Shown: piece by piece, positions 6,285 through 7,815 of the stretch
Numbering within the stretch: position 1 is the stretch's first letter
Layout: every line of letters starts with the position of its first letter
DNA from: a virus
Lineage: Duplodnaviria > Heunggongvirae > Uroviricota > Caudoviricetes
DNA: 7,815 bases
Virus record (IMG/VR): IMGVR_UViG_2690316227_000004
Direction: 5' to 3' (one strand)
Notes under the pieces: model-generated
Seen by the model: only the letters and a program-made list of their open reading frames with translations
The model's database searches: none
What the model was told of the DNA's origin: nothing
Made by a program: the position numbers and the translations under genes

Positions 6285-6316
6285 CATTAAATGGACTTTG
6301 TGATTTGCAAAAAAAA

Positions 6317-6754
6317 TTATTTCAGGCATTGCGTCCTGATGTACTCCTGCAGGTAGTTAACCTGCGCGGTTATCTTGTCGATTCCACCTCGGAGACGGTA
6401 ATAATTGAGTTCAGCATCTGCTGTAAGTCCTGGGCTTTCTCCATCGCCCATGCTGCTGGCTCCGGTCGTTGACTTTGCACAGGTGGCGGAGACTTGCAGG
6501 CGCTTACGCCCAGCAGAAACATCAGCACGGAGACTTTCGATAGTCGCATTAGCATCAGCAAGCTCCTTTGTGTATCTGGCGTCAAGTTCTGCTACATCAC
6601 GTTGCCGCTTCTGCATATCAGCGATGATGGATGTGGCTTTATCGCGCTGCTCTTTGTAGGCGATGGCGTTATCACGGTAATGATTAACAGCCCATGAAAG
6701 GCAGACGATGAGGCAGATGACCAGAACGTAGATAATCGCGGTTACTCTGCTCAT
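6317..6754 (-). CDS. Rz: i-spanin (inner-membrane spanin subunit), lambda Rz-like (145 aa)
   Basis: [39 protein letters not shown]...[19 protein letters not shown]... closely parallels lambda Rz ([39 protein letters not shown]...). I place the start at ATG 6754-6752, which overlaps the endolysin TGA as ATGA. The track's earlier ATG at 6766 would add MGAT. Confidence 0.9.
   Translation of the reverse strand: MSRVTAIIYVLVICLIVCLSWAVNHYRDNAIAYKEQRDKATSIIADMQKRQRDVAELDARYTKELADANATIESLRADVSAGRKRLQVSATCAKSTTGASSMGDGESPGLTADAELNYYRLRGGIDKITAQVNYLQEYIRTQCLK
6370..6555 (-). CDS. Rz1: o-spanin (outer-membrane lipoprotein subunit), Rz1-like (61 aa), fully embedded in Rz in a different frame
   Basis: The product [20 protein letters not shown]|[16 protein letters not shown]... 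has a signal peptide ending in the lipobox V-S-A-C and a Pro-rich mature part, as lambda Rz1 does. AAGGAG lies 7 nt upstream of ATG 6555. The gene is wholly inside Rz. Confidence 0.8.
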   Translation of the reverse strand: MLMRLSKVSVLMFLLGVSACKSPPPVQSQRPEPAAWAMEKAQDLQQMLNSIITVSEVESTR

Positions 6755-7248
6755 TGTTGCCCCCACAAACAGACTTCACGCTCAATCTCACGGCGAGTCA
6801 TCAGCCCTTTCCATTGCTTACCGCCAGCGTATGTCCAGCGCCGTAGCTGATCACATGCGCCTTTGATATCGCCCTGGTTTATTTTGCGAAGAAGCGTCGA
6901 TGTTCTGAAATTGCCAGCGCCCACGTTGTAAACGAACGAGTAAAGAGCGCCGCGCGTTGTTTCCGGTATATCGACTTTGATGTACGGGTTTATTTGTCTG
7001 GCGACCGTGGCAAGGTCTTTATTCAGGAGGGCTTTGCATTCTGCTTCGGTATACGTTTTACCGGGCATGATGTCTTTTCCGGTGTGTCCATGACATACAG
7101 TCCATACGCCAACGATATCTTCGTATGGTATGTAGCTGACACCTTCCAGGCCATCGTCACCACTCGGACCAGTGATGAGCACAGACGCTATGGCAACAGC
7201 CCCACCACCAATAGCAGCAGCAACGGCTTTTCGTAATGATGGAGGCAT
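6751..7248 (-). CDS. R: SAR (signal-anchor-release) endolysin, phage 21 R-like, T4-lysozyme/GH24 type (165 aa)
   Basis: The N-terminal weakly hydrophobic Gly/Ala-rich segment [21 protein letters not shown] is typical of SAR domains. The catalytic spacing E-x8-D-x5-T is present in [30 protein letters not shown] and the length match phage 21 R as I recall it. The ATG overlaps the holin stop as TAATG. Confidence 0.93.
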   Translation of the reverse strand: MPPSLRKAVAAAIGGGAVAIASVLITGPSGDDGLEGVSYIPYEDIVGVWTVCHGHTGKDIMPGKTYTEAECKALLNKDLATVARQINPYIKVDIPETTRGALYSFVYNVGAGNFRTSTLLRKINQGDIKGACDQLRRWTYAGGKQWKGLMTRREIEREVCLWGQQ

Positions 7249-7454
7249 TATTCACCTCTCGCAGCCTTGCGCTTATCTTCTTTAATCTTGAAATAAAGGT
7301 TTGTCAGATACGTCAGCAGGCCAAACAGCAGACTCCCCAGCACACCTATTGCCACCCACTGGGACGGAGAGACTTTGTCCAGCAGCTGCAGTAACCAGTA
7401 TCCCGTCCCCACCGCTGACGTGGTGTATGACACACCCGTTGTGATTTTTTCCAT
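7248..7454 (-). CDS. S: Class II holin / pinholin, phage 21 S(68)-like (68 aa)
   Basis: [68 protein letters not shown] is collinear with S21-68 ([42 protein letters not shown]...[20 protein letters not shown] from memory). It has two TMDs and a basic C-terminus, and it lies directly upstream of the SAR endolysin. Confidence 0.9.
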   Translation of the reverse strand: MEKITTGVSYTTSAVGTGYWLLQLLDKVSPSQWVAIGVLGSLLFGLLTYLTNLYFKIKEDKRKAARGE

Positions 7455-7499
7455 CTGATGTATGTCTCCGTCACCGCCGACAGAAAATGAAAGTAAAGG

Positions 7500-7534
7500 A
7501 AAACAAAAAGCCGCCAGTGTCGCCCACTGACGGC
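7500..7534 (-). terminator. Strong intrinsic terminator about 45 nt upstream of the holin start (tR'-like)
   Basis: The minus strand reads GCCGTCAGTG-ggcga-CACTGGCGGC-TTTTTGTTTT. That is a 10-bp stem. The single imperfect position is a G-U wobble in the minus-strand RNA but a C-A mismatch in the plus-strand RNA, so the structure is optimised for the minus strand. Confidence 0.75.
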
Positions 7535-7541
7535 CAACGCC

Positions 7542-7601
7542 GGGAGCCGTGATTATGGCATTCAGGCTCTGCTAAAAATGCCAGATAACATTCCGGCTCC
7601 C
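7542..7601 (-). other. Extended leader hairpin immediately upstream of the tR'-like terminator
   Basis: An outer 8-bp stem pairs GGGAGCCG (7542-7549) with CGGCTCCC (7594-7601). It encloses an inner 7-bp stem pairing TGGCATT (7556-7562) with AATGCCA (7577-7583). Both are perfect complements that I read directly from the sequence. Confidence 0.5.
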
Positions 7602-7612
7602 CCCTGATTCAG

Positions 7613-7639
7613 GTTATAAATGACACAATATCTTGACAA
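7613..7639 (-). promoter_or_regulatory. Candidate sigma70 promoter (PR'-like) reading toward the lysis genes
   Basis: The minus strand has TTGTCA (7639-7634), a 15-nt spacer, and TATAAC (7618-7613). Both hexamers match consensus at 5 of 6 positions, but the spacer is short. The predicted start near 7605 coincides with the 5' base of the leader hairpin. Confidence 0.3.
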
Positions 7640-7687
7640 CACCCATCACTGTCTGTCAGAAAATGTACTGCCAGATATAAGTATCAT

Positions 7688-7752
7688 GTGAAACCCAACT
7701 ATCCTTCTTAGCCAGTACTTCTCCGAGGAAAGTCAGTACTGGCTGTTTTTTT
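7688..7752 (+). ncRNA. Candidate short plus-strand sRNA (about 65-85 nt) ending at the plus-strand terminator
   Basis: There are two alternative upstream promoter candidates on the plus strand. One is CTGTCA (7653-7658), 17 nt, TATAAG (7676-7681). The other is a perfect TTGACA (7633-7638), 18 nt, and an extended -10-like TGtCAGAAA (7654-7662). No plus-strand ORF of meaningful length precedes the terminator. The predicted RNA is a single-stranded 5' region (…GAAACCCAACUAUCCUUCUU) plus a terminator hairpin and U-tail, which is the usual Hfq-type sRNA layout. Confidence 0.35.
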
Positions 7753-7815
7753 CCTTAATAAAGCATCTGTAACTGAAACAATCCGCATATTGATAATATA
7801 TTGACAGGCATCATT
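7708..7815 (-). CDS. Possible 3' end of an upstream minus-strand gene; the frame is open to the right window edge. It could be the late antiterminator Q or another late-region gene.
   Basis: One minus-strand frame runs uninterrupted from the edge to TAA at 7710-7708: ...NDACQYIINMRIVSVTDALLRKKTASTDFPRRSTG*. The other two minus frames stop within 20 codons. I do not recognise the 35 codons as any family. They overlap the plus-strand terminator hairpin, so this may not be coding at all. Confidence 0.25.
   Translation of the reverse strand, partial: NDACQYIINMRIVSVTDALLRKKTASTDFPRRSTG
7710..7752 (+). terminator. Strong intrinsic terminator on the plus strand, opposite to every gene in the window
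   Basis: AGCCAGTACT (7710-7719), a 15-nt loop, AGTACTGGCT (7735-7744), then G and TTTTTTT (7746-7752). That is a perfect 10-bp stem and a T7 run. The minus-strand reading has an A7 run before the stem and AAGAAGG after it, so the terminator works in the plus direction only. Confidence 0.7.

Noticed and set aside
6242-6697. Plus-strand ORFs at 6242-6472, 6405-6659 and 6494-6697
   Set aside because: They are antisense to Rz/Rz1, both supported by similarity to lambda. The first also starts inside the terminator region. They are shadow ORFs.
6755-6766. Earlier Rz start (MGATMSRV...)
   Set aside because: Lambda Rz begins [11 protein letters not shown] 6754 overlaps the endolysin stop as ATGA, the usual coupled arrangement. 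The earlier ATG remains possible but is less likely.
6994-7236. The 80-aa plus-strand ORF antisense to the endolysin gene
   Set aside because: It lies within the strongly supported SAR endolysin gene, with no independent evidence.
7346-7537. The 63-aa minus-strand ORF overlapping the holin 5' end
   Set aside because: It is out of frame with the S21-like holin, and its 5' part runs through the tR'-like terminator hairpin. The product is Arg/Trp/Cys-rich and matches nothing I recognise.
7787-7806. Direct repeat ATATTGATA / ATATTGACA, with a TTGACA hexamer at the extreme right edge
   Set aside because: A 9-mer repeat with one mismatch in A/T-rich DNA is well within chance expectation. Any associated -10 element or transcript would lie outside the window, so the feature cannot be evaluated.
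1-7815. Search for tRNA genes, CRISPR arrays, IS elements or terminal inverted repeats, att sites and integrase
   Set aside because: I saw no T-loop or cloverleaf-like segments, no regularly spaced repeats, no transposase- or integrase-like ORFs, and no long inverted repeats. The window is fully explained by phage late genes plus the intergenic elements listed above.

Overview
This window is the late-gene region of a lambdoid (lambda / phage 21 mosaic) prophage or circular phage genome. All credible genes lie on the minus strand. Read right to left they are:
- A frame open to the right window edge, possibly the 3' end of an upstream late-regulator gene.
- An intergenic control region with back-to-back promoter-like elements and two strong intrinsic terminators, one on each strand.
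- A phage-21-type lysis cassette: pinholin S, SAR endolysin R, and spanins Rz with embedded Rz1.
- Two tandem intrinsic terminators.
- A two-gene accessory module: a KilA-N domain protein and an 85-aa basic-tailed protein joined by an ATGA overlap.
- About 320 nt of structured non-coding DNA.
- A complete cos site. cosQ and cosN, including the 12-nt cohesive end GGGCGGCGACCT, are essentially lambda-identical. cosB differs from lambda.
- Terminase small subunit (Nu1-like), terminase large subunit (gpA-like), head-tail joining protein (gpW-like), portal (gpB-like), and the 5' two-thirds of the head protease/scaffold (gpC-like, GTG start, cut by the left edge).

The genes are tightly packed and probably translationally coupled. 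The junctions are S/R TAATG, R/Rz ATGA, KilA-N/85aa ATGA, Nu1/A 29 nt, A/W 17 nt, W/B ATGA, and B/C 11 nt. cos is internal and uninterrupted, so the sequence is in the prophage or concatemer permutation, not the virion one. The large plus-strand ORFs in the supplied track are antisense shadows of GC-rich structural genes. I saw no tRNA, CRISPR array, IS element or integrase.

The least textbook parts are the KilA-N/85-aa pair in the Rz-cos moron slot, the divergent pair of short terminated transcription units upstream of the holin, and the hybrid cos site with non-lambda cosB repeats. All homology statements come from my memory of lambda and phage 21 sequences. No database search was run.
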